Below the pieces are notes generated by a model that searched no databases, was not told the DNA's origin, and was given only the letters and a program-made list of their open reading frames with translations. From assembly GCA_036785375.1 (NCBI GenBank), contig JAWMAR010000879.1, forward strand, positions 372,001 to 436,000: a DNA stretch of 64,000 nucleotides, given 5' to 3'. Source of the DNA: Leucoraja ocellata. Lineage: Eukaryota. Made by a program: the position numbers and the translations under genes. How positions within the stretch are numbered: the stretch's first letter is position 1; each line of letters opens with the position of its first letter. Below are positions 1-11,794 of this stretch, one piece after another.

Positions 1-189
1 AACAAGCATCTTCAGTTCCTTCCTACACAGTTGATATTTTATGAAGTTGACCATAACCGACGTATTCTTATATTCTATTTTTACCCATATTGCTGCTTTC
101 AGAAATGCTTCAGGTCTCTCTGATTACCGAAGTGTCTATGTCCTTCTGTACTTCCTACAGTTCTAACATTTCTTCTGCATACCTTAGCC

Positions 190-1230
190 TTATGTATCCT
201 CACAAATTGCATCACCTCACATTTTTGAGAATTAAATTCCATCTGCATTTCTCTGCCTATCTTACCAACTTATCAATATCATTCTGGAACCAATGGCCAG
301 CAAGGAATTTACATCCTTTACTAATCACTTTTACATCGGATCATTAATATAGACAAGAATACAGCAAGGGTCTCTGCACAGAGCCCCTGTCACAGGCTTT
401 TAATTTGAAAAAAAGCTCTTGGACAACATTCTTTGCCTTCCATCACCAGACCAACTTTGGATTTGATTGGTCAAATTGCCCTGAATCTCATGGGAATTTA
501 ACTTTTCAATCAATATCTAACATAGGACTTTGTCAAGGGGGTTAACCAAAATCCATTTATATGAATTAAACTATTTACATCAACACTTGGTATTCTCCAA
601 AATAAAATAAAAATAGTCAGAGAGAATAGAATCTCCCCTTAATAAAGCTCTGTTGATGGCCTTGTGTTAATCTCTATCCCTCCAAGTGCAGATTAATCCT
701 GTACCTTAGAACTGTTTCCAATGGTTTATTTAATGGTAATATTAGGCTCACCAGCTGATAATTATCTGGTTTATTCCTACTGTCCTTCTTGAATAAAGGT
801 ACTACATATGTTGTCCTTCAGTCATCTGGCACCTCTTTTGTGACTGAAGAAGATTTGAAACTTTCTGGCAGGGCTCTTGCAATCTCGCCTCTTGCTTCCC
901 GCAACAGCCTGAGATCCATCTCATTTGGTCCAGGAGAGTTTTATGTCCATAAGAACATCACATAACTCCTTGTTCTTATTGGTAATTTATTCCAGAATTC
1001 TCCCATGCCCTCACTGAATTTCCTCATTAAAATTTCATTCATCTTCGTGAAAACAAATGAGAATCATTAATTTAACACCTCACGTGCATTCTTTGGTCCC
1101 ACAGAGAGATTGCCTCTTTGGGCCCTAATAGGACTGGCTACCCCTCTCACCTTTAATATATTTATAAAATACTTCCTAATTCTTTTTTCAATTACCCCCA
1201 AACATTCCTGTAGACCTCTTCTGTTTTCAC
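190..1230 (-). mobile_element. Old, degenerate CR1-type LINE ORF2 remnant
   Basis: Its order and wording parallel the clearer CR1 copies in this window (RT region through the upstream linker). Heavily decayed; boundaries approximate. Confidence 0.5.
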
Positions 1231-1974
1231 TTCTCCACACCATCCTTAGCTACCTTCCTTAGTTTATCCAGAAATTTAGAAAATAATCAGTTCATTGAGA
1301 TGAGCTGTTAGCAGTGTTATGGTTAAGATATTACCATGCAGGAGTTAATTTGCTCCAAGGGAACAGAAATCGAAAATCTAAACCATTTTCCGTTTGCAAC
1401 TGTATTTTCCCTGTTTATGAAGTAGATGTTAGTTCCTGCAAAGCAATTACTTTTCCCCTTGGTCACATATTGCACAAATCACCCGCTGTTTAACATATTG
1501 CAGGAATTCAACTGTTTCAAGAATATAGTAATTTTATAAAATGTCTAAACTAATAACATATTTTTTCAGCAGACTTTTTAAATAATCAACAGCATGTAGG
1601 GACGTGCAGAATAATCAAACTGATATTTCTTTGAAATTAATGATTCAGGAAACCCCTAACAAGTGGCAAACTTCCCTAATAAATATGCCTGTTTCTTAAT
1701 AGATCAAACTTTAAATTTCTCTTTTTCATTCCAATTCCTAATCAATTGTGATGTGTGATACTGCATTGTGCTCCTATTATTGGACAAAGATGTTTGGGGC
1801 CTATTTGCAAATTTAACAGCACTATTCGGCTTACTACAGATTCTGAAGACCAAGAGAAGGTCCTGAGTGGGATGAGAAAAGATTTAATTGCTCTTATTCC
1901 ACATTTCTTGACATATCTCATAATTGGTTGCTCTTTCTATCTAAACAAAAATGTTACATTTTTTGATATATTAT

Positions 1975-2515
1975 TCAGATTCAGATTCAACTTTAATTGT
2001 CATTGTCAGTGTGCAGTACAGAGACAACAAAATGCAGTTAGCATCTCCCTGGAAGAGCGACATAGATTATGATTTCAATAAATAAATCTATTTACATGCA
2101 TACAGTCATAGTGTTTTTCCTGTGGGAAGAGTGTCCGGGGGGGGGGGGGGTGATTGGCAGTCACCGAGGTAAATTGTTGAGTAGTGTGACAGCCGCAGGG
2201 AAGAAGCTGTTTCTGGACCTGCTGGTCCGGCAACGGGGAGACCTGTAGCGCCTCCCGGATGGTAGGAGGGTCAACAGTCCATGGTTGGGGTGAGAGTAGT
2301 CCTTGGCGATGCTGAGCGCCCTTTGCAGACAACGCTTGCTTTGGACAGACTCAATGGAGGGGAGCGAGGAACCGGTGATGCAATTGGGCAATTTTCACCA
2401 CCTTCTGCAATGCTTTCCGGTCGGAGACAGAGCAGTTGCCATACCATACTGTGATACAGTTGGTAAGGATGCTCTCGATGGTGCAGCGGTAGAAGTTCAC
2501 CAGAATCTGAGGAGA
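1975..2515 (-). mobile_element. Rex1/Babar-type LINE 3' fragment
   Basis: Minus-strand translation gives ILVNFYRCTIESILTNCITVWYGNCSVSDRKALQKVVK and HPNHGLLTLLPSGRRYRS...RNSFFP. It has a (TGAATC)n tail at about 1975-1990 and is followed by an (AGACAT)n microsatellite at about 2512-2549. Confidence 0.8.
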
Positions 2516-2616
2516 CATAGACATAGACATAGACACAATTATAGACATCAACTGTTGAATTACAACATTTAAATAACATTTTTAATGCAAGCACATTTGA
2601 GAATGAAGGATTTTAC

Positions 2617-2911
2617 TTTTAGTTTAGAGATACAGCGCATAAACAGGCCCTTCGGCCCACCGAGTCCGTGCTGACCAGCAATCCCTGTATACCAGCACTA
2701 TCTTACACAATAGGAACAATTTACAATTTTTACTGAAGCTAATTTACCTACAAACATGTACGTCTTTGGAATGTGGGAGGAAACCAGACCACCTGGGGAA
2801 AACCGATGCTGTCAAGGGGATAAGGTACAAGACAGCATCCATAGTCAGGATCGAACCCGGGTCTCTGGCGCTGAAAGGCAGCAACTCTATCGCTGCGCCA
2901 CCATCGCGCCC
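2617..2911 (-). mobile_element. tRNA-derived SINE with CR1-type tail (HE1-like)
   Basis: The minus strand starts GGGCGCGATGGTGGCGCAGCG (A box) and contains GGGTTCGATCC (B box). It ends in a GGGCCGAAGGGCCTGTTT...TCTCTAAACTAAA tail. Homologous copies lie at about 14490, 33050 and 61990. Confidence 0.8.
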
Positions 2912-5054
2912 TCTAATATCTCAAGTGCGTGATTACTGTCGTCTCAGAAGCCCATAATCCTCTGCTAAGGAGTGAACCCACTGAAAGTTGACTTGGTCAT
3001 AATTCAAGGCACAGTGGGATTCTTGAGCTATCCAGTCCAGAGATACTGAGTGTGAAGAGTGTTTGCCTACACCCAGAGACTGCCCACAGAGAAGGACTGT
3101 AATTGACAAGGGATCAAACTGACATCAGCCGCTCTGGGGTAGCAAAAGGAAATCCAAGAAATCAGATTGTCCACTGCCTTTGCCAGATATGGGTTGCACA
3201 GTCCACATGCAGAAGTGTAGAAATCCAGATGAGTAACAAATGCAAGCAACCAAAGGTTCAGTTCTCAGGCGCAGGGCATCAGAAGGATCTGAAAGTGGTT
3301 CTTCTGTTCTCTTAATTAGGTATGATGGTGGTAGGAGTTAAATCCATTGCACTCATTCTATAACAGACCTTTGACAGAGTGCGAGAATTTCCAGGTTAAA
3401 CCTGCAAGTGAGTCTCACTTCCAGTGAAAATATTCAACAGATTTTATCATGGTTTCTATTTTTTTTTCATTTCTATGAAATAACAAAATAAACATTATTT
3501 TTCATGTTTTCTTTCATCATGTTTTCTATGACATAACCAAATAAACATTCTTTTAACATGAGAATATTTTTTCAATGGGGCAAAACTTTCTTTCTTTCTT
3601 TCTGCTTTTATAAAAAGATTATTCAGAAGTCTTTTGAGAGTAATTAGGTTTATTGCAACTTATGAGACGAGTTGAAAGAATCAGAACTTTCAATTTGTTC
3701 TTAGGATTCGCTTTTTTAAAAATTGGTTTTGAGAATGAGATGAAAAGCATTTTTACATTTTTTATATTGAAATAAAAGCAGATGAGAGAAAATTAATCCA
3801 CAACAGCTGTTGTATTTGAATTGCATGTTATATTTAGAATTTGTTTGGCTCAGTACTATCTTTAAAATATTTGAATAAAATTGCATGCAGCATTTTGATT
3901 TGAATCTTTAATATGCCTCCTGTTGAGTGCCACAAATCTCTTCTGTTCTACACAGAATGAATTAGATCCATTTGAGAAATAGTGACATAAGCAAATTTAT
4001 TCGATTAATTACTAATCCAACATATGTAAATTGGGAGTAACTCAATACTATTACAGATACCCTTTCAGTTTATATGACACGTATTTACAGATAAGTGGGA
4101 AAATAGTGGTAATGCAACCACAGAAATCCCACATACACAGATCATTCACTCTGGAGTAACCATGACCTAAGGCAGAAAAGCAAAGAACAAAACTGAATTA
4201 AACAAACACAAGTGAAATAAACCGGTGCAAAAGTAAATCGCGATCCCTCCCTCTCTCTGTTTGTCTCGCAGTTGTGTGTATATAAAAACAATAGATTGCA
4301 GGCAGCAACCTAAGCTTCAATGATAAATAAACCAAGAGATCCTTACTTCAGTTATTTATAATTATCTTGTGCATCTCTTTAAATTCATTACATAAAATTA
4401 GTGGTTTATAATATAATTGGATTTAACATTAGTTTTTATGATGGCTTTATTCCCCAAGCCCCTACTAAAATCTTTGTTTTTATGTGGTGCTGTTTAAGTG
4501 TGAGAAAATATGTGGAAGCGAGGCAGCTTCATTGAGACATAATCAGCAGTTAATAACAGCCTGTGTAATTTGACATGTTATGTTAATAGGTAACAGTATA
4601 CAGGAGGCATACATTGTTATGGCATTTATTGCATCAACATTTGACTTGCCTTCAGGCAGGTTGAATGTTCCTTTTCATAATCCTTGAATGTAGCTTCCAT
4701 TGAAAACTACATCCTCGGGTATAATGTATGTCAGACCCAGTTTTATTGCTGCAATCCATTTTTCTTTGTAACGAGTATACCTGGGCAAAGGGCAACCACA
4801 ATAAAGTTTTTAATGTGCCACAAAGCAGGAAGTTTTATTTTGCTTTAACTGAACAACAAAACAGCCATGATTCAAGACAGAGAATACTGAATGCCAATTA
4901 TATTTCAATGCTGATGCTTTGCTTTCGAATTGCAACACACTCAATTGAGATACTTCCAGGCCTTTCATTTCTGTAGGCATTACCATGTGTTCTGCCCTTC
5001 ACACATTCTAAGAAAAAAAAGTGGCATGAAATTTATAATACATTTTATTTCTTT

Positions 5055-5750
5055 AATTTTAAGGGTGTGGGTATCATTGACAAGATTAGCATTCCGAATT
5101 GCCCTTGAGAAGGTAGTAATGAGACAACCTCCAGAATCACTGCAGTCATTCTTTTGAAGTTACTCCCAGAGAACTACTAGGTAGGACATCTCAGGGTTTC
5201 GACTCAATATCGCTAAAGGAACAGCATTGTATTTCCAAGTCGGACGGCGTGTGACTTGGAGGTGACTGCATGTTTATGTTCCTGTGTGCCTGCTGCCCTT
5301 TTGCTTTGTAGTGGATGTCTCATATTTGGGAGACACAAAATGCTGGAGTAACTCAGCGGGTGAGGGAGCATATCTGGAGAGAAGGAATGGGCGATGTTTC
5401 GGGTCGAGACCCTTCTTCAGACATAAATTTGGAAGATGCAGACTAAATAGCCTATGCAAGTATCGTCAGTAGGTTTCAAAGATGCAACACTGGAGCTACG
5501 ATGCATTGGTGGTGGAGAAGAAAAATATTTAGTGTGGTGGATAGATGTCATTCAAGTGAACCACTTTTCCATGGGCAGTGTCAAGCTTCTTGTGTGTTAT
5601 TAATGCAATGCTTGACCCAGCAAATGACAGTATTCCATCATGCCCATCAAGCATTCCATCAGCTTGTGTTTGGCAGAAAGGCTTGGGTCTCAGGAGTTGA
5701 ACCACCTACGACACGATATCTAGTCTCTGGTAGCCTTTGTCCAGCTGGTC
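5055..5750 (-). mobile_element. Unassigned LINE-like remnant, interrupted by a Penelope-derived insert
   Basis: Resembles the 3' end of a LINE ORF2 on the minus strand. The family cannot be assigned by eye. Confidence 0.35.
5393..5420 (-). ncRNA. Minimal hammerhead-ribozyme-like motif in a short Penelope-derived repeat (about 5330-5422)
   Basis: Minus strand reads CTGAAGA-A-GGGTCTCGACCC-GAAA-CATC: intact core, AUC triplet. Confidence 0.55.
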
Positions 5751-5858
5751 CAGTTAGGGTGTTGAGGAACTGCAGATGCTGGTTTAAAACGACGACAGAC
5801 AGTTAAAGCTGGAGTAACTCAGCAGGTCAGACAGAATCTCTGGAGAAAAGGAATAGGT

Positions 5859-5886
5859 GAAGTTTCGGGTTGAGACCCTTCCTCAG
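5859..5886 (-). ncRNA. Minimal hammerhead-like motif in a short Penelope-derived repeat (about 5760-5888)
   Basis: Minus strand reads CTGAGGA-A-GGGTCTCAACCC-GAAA-CTTC. The insert is flanked by the direct repeat CCAGTTAGG. Confidence 0.5.
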
Positions 5887-7655
5887 ACCAGTTAGGTTGT
5901 TAGGATATTGATCATGGGTTTCTCAGTAAATGCAATGCTCTTAAATACCAAGGATAGGTAGTTTGAATCTCTGCTAGAAATTATTACACAAATATTACTG
6001 CCAGTTATTGGCCCTTGCCTGAATGTTGTCTATGTCTCATTGCATGCAAACTAGGCATTTGTTTAGTGCCAATCTGCATCACAGTGTTGAGGAAATCACA
6101 TCGTAAACTCTAAATGCAGCATTATAATTTGAAAACTTACAATTGTAAAAAAAATGGTTATGTTGGAGTTGAATTTTCAAAGGGGTTTTCCAAATCTACC
6201 CTGAAACTGTGCAGCTAAACACAATTAAAGTTTGTCTTGCATACAAAAATGATTCTTGATTTTCCTGATGAAAATAGTCATAGTCATACAGCCATGAAAC
6301 CAACCCTTTGGCCTAACTCATCTATGTCGACCAAGATGCCGTTCTAAGCTAGTCCCATTTGCCCATGTTCGACCCATATCCCTCTATATGTATACCTATC
6401 CAAATGAATTTAAAATGTTGTTATTATACCTGCCTCAATAACTTCCTCTAGCAGCCCATTCCACATACATACCACGCTCAGTGTGAGAAAGCTGCCCCTC
6501 AGGTTTTTGTTAAATCTTTCTCCTCTACCTTAAACCTAAGCCCTCTCGTTGTTGATTCCCCTGGGAAAAAAATCTATGTGCATTCATCCTGTCTATGCTC
6601 CACACGACTTTATACACCTCGAAAAGACCATCATTTGGTCTCCAACATTCCAAGGAATAAAGTCCTAGAATGCCCAGCCTCTCCCTATAACTCAGGGCCT
6701 TGAGCCCTGGCAACATTCTCGTAAATCCTTTCTGTATTCTTTCCAGTTTAATTGCATATTTCCTTTAACAGTGACCAAAACTGTACATCTATACATAACT
6801 TAAACTTTAATCTTGTGCTCTTCCAGTTTGTGTGGTTTTTCTATTTGCGCAAAAACAGTACATGATAGCGCTATGAATTTTTGTCACCTTACTCACCATT
6901 CTCCTGTGCTGCAAATGCACCAAGTTTTGTTCCAATTGATGGAATATTTTAAAAGTTATTAAGGTTTAAAAATCTTAAAAACTGCACATGCGCAGATTGG
7001 TCTCTTCTCCTGTCAATCAGCACCCTGGAGATTGGTCTCCTGTCAGTCAATGCCGTGGCCGGGATGGCGACGCCCCTTCCTGCACCGCGACCTCTCCCGC
7101 CTCATTCACAAACTCCTCCCTCCCCTCCTCGCAGTAACTTGTCTACCGTCTCCCCCACCACCGGCGGCGGTGGCCGCGGGGGGGGGGGGGTTCAGTGGAA
7201 GCCCTGGTCCCGTCTCTCTCTCCCTCACTCACCCCTCTCCCCCGCCCGCCCTCTGTGGCAATGGCGGTGCCGTCTACCCATCCCCCCGGGTGAATGGCTG
7301 CGACCGTCCGTCTCCTCCGCCACTTCCGCTGCGGTAACTCACCCTCACGGCCCTTTCGGAGGAGATCTCCACCAGCTCATCGAGACTCATAGTGCCCACT
7401 GTGACAAACACCGACTCCATTTCTTCACCCCCCCCCACCCCCCCGCAGCCTGGCAGCAGCAGCAGCAGCGAGCAGGCAGGCGGGTGAGTGGGGCGGGGGC
7501 GGGGATGGGCCGAGGGGGCAGCAGCAGGCGGGCAGGGCGGGGACGAGCCGAGCGGCAGCAGAGGGCGGTCAGGCAGTACAGGGATGGGCCGAACAGCGGC
7601 TGAGCCGGAGTAGGCAGGGGGAGGGAGGGAGAGTCTGTTACAGAGTGGCCGAGCA

Positions 7656-7789
7656 NNNNNNNNNNNNNNNNNNNNNNNNNNNNNNNNNNNNNNNNNNNNN
7701 NNNNNNNNNNNNNNNNNNNNNNNNNNNNNNNNNNNNNNNNNNNNNNNNNNNNNNNNNNNNNNNNNNNNNNNNNNNNNNNNNNNNNNNNN
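7656..7789. other. Assembly gap (N run)
   Basis: Run of N. Confidence 1.
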
Positions 7790-8384
7790 TCAAGTCAATG
7801 GGATCCAAACCACAGCTAACAATGAATGACCGGCAGGAAGGAACGGCAGATGCTGCTTTATATGGAGGGAGGGAGGGAGTGACTGATGGTAGGGGAAAGG
7901 AGAGGGAGGGAGAGGTGAAGGAGGGATTGGGGGAGGGTAGGGGAAAGATCCTGGGTAGGTGAGGAAGGAGAGTGGGGGGATTGAGGGAAACGAGGGGGTA
8001 GGAAAGGAGGGGGGAAAGTGCGGGAGGGGAGGAGGGAGAGTGGGGGAGGAGGGGGAATAGAGGGAGTGGGTGAGGGAGGTAGGGAGTGGGGAATAGAGGG
8101 AGAGGAGGGCAGTGGGGGAGGTCAGGAGGGATAGTGGGGGGGGGTAGGGGGATGTGAGGAGTGGGGGATAGAGGGATAGAAGTGGGTAGGGAGGGGAGAG
8201 GAGTTATGAAGGGAGGGAGTGACTGAGGGTAGTGGAAAGGATAGGGAGGGAGAGGTGAGGGAGGGAGGGATTGGGGAGGGGAGGAGGTGATGGGAAAGAA
8301 GAGGGAGGGTGAAGAGGAGGGGGAGAGAGTACTGGGGGATGAGGGGAAATGAGTTGTGCCTAAACAGTTTGGGGCTATGCATTA

Positions 8385-8950
8385 CCATATAACCATATAA
8401 CAATTACAGCACGGAAACAGGCCATCTCGACCCTACAAGTCCGTGCCGAACACATATTCTCCCCTAGTCCCATATACCTGCGCTCAGACCATAACCTTCC
8501 ATTCCCTTCCCGTCCATATAACTATCCAATTTATTTTTAAATGATAAAAACGAACCTGCCTCCACCACCTTCACTGGAAGCTCATTCCACACAGCCACCA
8601 CTCTCTGAGTAAAGAAGTTCCCCCTCATGTTACCCCTAAACTTCAGTCCCTTAATTCTCAAGTCATGTCCCCTTGTTTGAATCTTCCCTACTCTCAGTGG
8701 GAAAAACTTTTCCACGTCAACTCTGTCTATCCCTCTCATCATTTTAAAAACCTCTATCAAATCCCCCCTTAACCTTCTGCGCTCCAAAGAATAAAACCCT
8801 AACTTGTTCAACCTTTCTCTGTAACTTAGTTGCTGAAACCCAGGCAACATTCTAGTAAATCTCCTCTGTACTCTCTCTATTTTGTTGACATCCTTCCTAT
8901 AATTGGGCGACCAAAATTGTACACCATACTCCAGAATTGGACTCACCAAT
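8385..8950 (-). mobile_element. CR1 LINE 3' fragment nested in the Helitron
   Basis: Open frame LVSPILEYGVQFWSPNYRKDVNKIERVQRRFTRMLPG...FFTQRVVAVWNELP, with an (ATATGGTT)n tail on the minus strand. Confidence 0.9.
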
Positions 8951-11794
8951 AGTGGTGGAATATTGCATTGGGGGAACGGGTTGCATTGGGGGAAAGGGTG
9001 CCTGGTGGAATATTGCATTGGGGGAAGCAGACCCAACAGGTCTGCACTTAGTTTAGTAATATACTAAATATTACTATTAATAATAACCCCAACATAACAT
9101 CCCAAATGTATACTCAGTGTCCTTACTGATAAAAACCAGCACGCCCTAAACCACCTCAACACCCCATCCGCTTGTGACGTCACTTTCGGAGAACAGTGTA
9201 CTTGTACTCCAAGGTCTCTTTGTTCCACAACACTCCCCGGGGTCTTACCATTCACTGTGAAAGTAGCACCTGGGTTTGAGTACCCAAAAGGTAACACCAT
9301 GTATATAACCAAATTAAACTCAATTTGCCAGTGCTCCTTCCTCTTACCCAGCTGATCAAGATCCTGTAATTCTTGATAACCTTCTTCACCGTTTAGTGTC
9401 ATTTGCAAAATTGCTAATCATGCTTTGCATATTCTGATCCAAATCCTTGACATGGATGGCAGACAACAATGACCCCTGAGACGCACCACTAATCACAGGC
9501 CTCCACAACAGGAACAAGTCTGGCTCCCAGTCCTCTGACAGTGCCCCATTTGGCTGGCCTCCAGGTCGAGGTAATGGCCAATCGGGGATCTATAGCCAAT
9601 GCTCTCCCATGCCCTCTGGCCCAGTCTGACTCCAGTCAGAAAATTTGGTAGCTGGAAAAGCAAACACTCCATTAAAAATTACAGAATGGTAATGATCCAA
9701 TGCTCAGCATCATTTTGGGTCCTACAAATCCCACAAAAAAAGCTTTAAGGCTTAATTTTACATCTGCTGGCTTCTATTGAGGATCTTGACAGAAATTCTT
9801 TAATCTGTACTGCTGCTGCTCTGCTTATCTCTTGTTTGGGTCGATCAGAAGGCCACACACAGACAGGTTTAAATATTTCTTAAAGGTAGGAGTGGTAGCC
9901 ACCAGCAGTCAGCTGCAGCTGAGAAATCAAAATCCAGCCAATAGGCAAAGCACAGACTTCTGAATATGTATTGACTAAAACTATTTTAGCAGGGGAGATT
10001 AATTTTTTTTTGCCAAAAACCAAATGTTTATACATCTAATAGATAAAATGAATGTTTAACCTGGCATTTCTCAAAAAGGTCCCCCCCCCCCCCTCCCATT
10101 TCATGGATTAATGATTTATTAATGCTTTAGAATGTGGCCTGGTACCATCTACCTCTAAGTGTAGCTCAACTTTCTCTCACACACTGTAGAACTGATTGCC
10201 CCCACTGCACAGGGTAAGGAAAGATGAAGGGTATACTTTGAACTCGGAAGTTTGTGCCTTTAACTTACTATAAAGTAATAATGTAATTAAATTATTTTCA
10301 CATATGGTAACATTATTCTGACTTTGAGACTTCAAAATAATTGTAGTAATCAAGAACGACAACATTTTAAAATTAGCCCGTCTTTTTAAAGGAACTCATA
10401 GAAATGTAGCTACAATTTGACATTGCTTTTTCAGCAAACAAAACTTGAGACTTTTCCAATGTAATTTTTCTCTGCCTTAGCGAAGAAAAATCAGTATTTA
10501 TTTTTCCCTTCAGTTGCTTTTCTCCACCTGGCCTGGCCACATAACCACCAGATCAGACTATTTTATTCCTTATTGTGCCAGTATTACTCTGCATAATGAC
10601 CAACAGAAAGGGAATTAACTTTGGAAAAACTCTTCCATTCCTTGGAAAGTTGGAATGTTGTCTCGACTAATGCCTAAACACAAGTATGTGAAGTAGCACG
10701 TTAGAGCTGCGTTTACACCATTTACCAGGAAAACAGCTCCAAAATATTAATGCAGATAAAATTAGTTAACCAGTTAGAAAGATCGGTAATTGCATTGTTG
10801 TTTGATTCTGATAGTTTATAATTCTATTATTATAAGGCACACTATAATATATGGTTGTTTCATGGAGGCATTTAACTTCAGATTATGGCAAAATAAATAA
10901 TTTATAGCAGCAATTTTAATTGACCAGCCTTCTGATTAAGTTTTGAACTCTCCCACCTGCTTTCAGATGACCAATTACATTTTGTGCCTCAAGGAGACAA
11001 TCTGGCTGGAAAAAAAACTGACTATTGATTTGGAATGAAATATGAATAAAGCACTGTTGCTATTTTTGGGAGAAAGGTCTTGTTTTAATGTCTTTCTGTG
11101 TTGGAGCCACAACCAATTAGAGCTTTTAATTTTTTTTAAAGCAGAATATGGATTGAAAGGGAAAGAGGATTTGTCATTATTATTTTGCTAATTTAAGGAA
11201 TTGAACCACATCTAAGGGCTTTGGCTCATTAAAAATTTCATGGAAACAGTTCAATGAAAACGTTTCCATATGCCTTTCCGATTCATTCTATTCCCTCTGA
11301 AGGGGTCCCAACTCACGCACTGACTGGAATCATTTCAGAGAACATATCTGAGAAATAGGTCCTGGGCAATGATATACTGGCCATGTGAATCTGTGGTACA
11401 ACTTGTGTGGGCTTCTTAAACACATAGCCTATTTTCCCCTTTGGACTTTGAAGAGTGAATTTTAAAATGACTGCAAATGATTTTTTTAATATTGCTGTAA
11501 CCTCTAATCATTTTATAGTGTAACAAAATAATCCTGATTAAAGTATTTCATACTTGACCAATTTCACAGCAGCTCAGCAGTAGTACACCCTGTGAATTTT
11601 AATTGAACTGCCCAGTCCAGGAATGTCTCAAGTTCTACTCATGCTGCATGTGAAGTTTGCTATCTTTCAGTAAGCACTTAACAACAACAGGTTCCATTTA
11701 TAAATGTAATTTAAGTTCAATGAAATGAAATGTTCCCAGATACTTCATAGAAAAAATATCATAGACAATTTGATTTTAAAAAAGTACATATTGG

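Larger units (their letters stand above)
6788..9056 (+). mobile_element. Non-autonomous Helitron-like element
   Basis: Starts with TC after host A6787. A subterminal hairpin GCAGACC-CAACA-GGTCTGC (9027-9045) precedes a TTAG end (CTAG variant) and host T9057. No TSD; it interrupts a CR1. Internal GC-rich and purine-rich low-complexity DNA, a gap and a nested CR1. Confidence 0.65.
6275..9510 (-). mobile_element. CR1 LINE 3' fragment split by a Helitron (parts about 6275-6787 and 9057-9510)
   Basis: MLPGLKALSYRERLGILGLYSLE on the left continues as LQDLDQLGK...WQIEFN...VEQRDLGVQVH on the right of the insertion. Confidence 0.75.

Noticed and set aside
2850-2911. tRNA gene
   Set aside because: The A/B boxes belong to a SINE head repeated several times in the window; there is no cloverleaf.
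7032-8403. GC-rich ORFs and a CpG-island-like region as a host gene or promoter
   Set aside because: Low-complexity sequence inside the Helitron-like element, with no recognisable domain.
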